Source: Paraphysomonas bandaiensis
Taxonomy: Eukaryota; Protista; Chrysophyceae
Direction: 5' to 3'
Assembly (NCBI GenBank): GCA_965644295.1
Contig: CBFFRP010000258.1
Coordinates: 40,303 to 104,302 of the forward strand
Length of the DNA: 64,000 bases
Shown here in pieces: positions 62,789-64,000 of this stretch; the stretch's first letter is position 1, and each line of letters starts with the position of its first letter. A program made the position numbers and the translations under genes. A model generated the notes under the pieces. It was not told the origin of the DNA, made no database searches, and saw nothing but the letters and a program-made list of their open reading frames with translations.

Positions 62789-63795
62789 TGTGACCACGTG
62801 GCATTTCCCATGCCCTATCTACGTGGCTATAGTAACACGCTATTGAGTCACATGCATGGTTACATTGACTTTTAGGACCCTATGTTGGTTTAGGACCCTA
62901 TATCAGGACCCTATATATTGCTTTAGGACCTTCATTGTGTTCAGGATACATATTATGCAACACCATTTGGACATTGGTAATGTACCACAGTGTACCTACA
63001 TATTGAGCCAACGTTCGGGTATGATGTCCAATTTTTATCTGCTGATGATGATGTACGACTATGATCTGCTGCTGGTGACTTCGGTTGATGTGAAACCTGC
63101 TGCAAATTTATATCAAAGTTATGTGGGCCCGTATTCCTGTATAGCAGTTGCAGTACATACTTCCATATAAATACATACATGTATTACCCGTACTACCCTA
63201 TAGGGGGGCAAGTACATGTGACCATCAAAGGAGAGAAGTCGCTATTATACACTTGAGGTGCACGAGTGTTCATGCAAGGCTTATTGGGGTTCGATTGCAA
63301 ATGTGGTGTGCGTACTATACGTACTATACGTACCGTATTTATGTATTTCCTGGATTATGGGGTTTTCAGTCTCTGGTAGGGTATAGATACGTAGTATACG
63401 GTGTACTCTAGGCATATGCTGGTGAGTCACTCCCTGTCAGGTTGCTGTGTATTTTTCAGTTTTGATTGAAGAGTTGCGCAACCTGTGGTGGTGTGATGAC
63501 ACCACGTGTGTTGCACCATGTTAGGAGTGTGTGTGTGTGCATATGTGCTTCTATGGTGTTTATCACTTGTTTTAAGTTAGACCAAAGCTTGGTGCTAGTG
63601 ATCTTGGGTACCAGCGGTATACCATTGCGCGGTGACTCTTCGCGGGAGTCACTAACTGAGTTTAGGTCTAAACTTGGAAAAAAGTGTTTTAATAATAATA
63701 CCGTTATTACTGTGCTTGTTGGTTCAGTGTAGGTGTTGTTGTAGTTTTATTGTTTACGAGCCAACACCCTGGTTATCAAACCGGGTGTTGTTACA
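62789..63795 (+). repeat. 3' LTR (1007 bp)
   Basis: Matches the 5' LTR; the only difference I saw is one extra T in a T-run (~63570). Confidence 0.95.
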
Positions 63796-63799
63796 CAAT

Positions 63800-64000
63800 A
63801 CTGGGCTCAAACGGACGCCCTCATGCTCATGGCCGAAACCCACGGTATTCACATCAGGATATGGCAGGACCCAACGCTCCCCACAGAGCCGGTGTTCCTC
63901 AATCCAAACTGGGCCACATGGGCGAGCCACCATCGTACCTTCCTGCCAGATACCGAGCGCAAGACCCCAAAGGACATATTCTGCTGCAACCAACACTTCT
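63800..64000 (+). pseudogene. OTU-like ORF, continuation after the Gypsy insertion (open to window end)
   Basis: Stop-free in the frame continuing from 54744-55290. Confidence 0.6.

Larger units (their letters stand above)
55291..63795 (+). mobile_element. Full-length Ty3/Gypsy (chromovirus-like) LTR retrotransposon
   Basis: TG..CA LTRs; 4-bp TSD CAAT (55287-90, 63796-99); PPT AAAACGGGGGAGGAGGCAG at 62770-62788; domain order gag-PR-RT-RH-IN-chromo. Confidence 0.96.

Overview
Eukaryotic nuclear DNA with short (~45-55 nt) GT-AG introns. Gene content and transposon types suggest a stramenopile/protist (inference). Host genes: an intron-containing homolog of phage thymine-hypermodification amino acid:DNA transferases (aGPT-Pplase1), a small ubiquitin-like protein, an SPX-EXS (XPR1/SYG1/PHO1-type) protein, NHP2, a TCP11-domain protein, tRNA-Leu(UAG), NOL6/UTP22, LRRC34, TMEM260, a claudin/amastin-like 4TM protein and an EF-hand protein. 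Much of 21-64 kb is a nested transposon landscape: an intact hAT element; a composite copy of it carrying 822 bp of the LRRC34 3' end; two abutting long-TIR foldback elements with CCAGT ends and 4-bp TSDs; a truncated Copia; RNase H-bearing non-LTR fragments whose structured 3' motif is shared with SINE-like repeats; and a very young full-length chromovirus-like Gypsy inserted in an OTU-protease ORF. The Gypsy has an IFDN RT motif, an in-frame UGA between gag and pol, a CCCH finger in Gag and no tRNA PBS. A palindrome, GTAGGAATTCCTAC, recurs upstream of nearly every host gene. All family calls rest on motif recognition by eye; no database searches were run.
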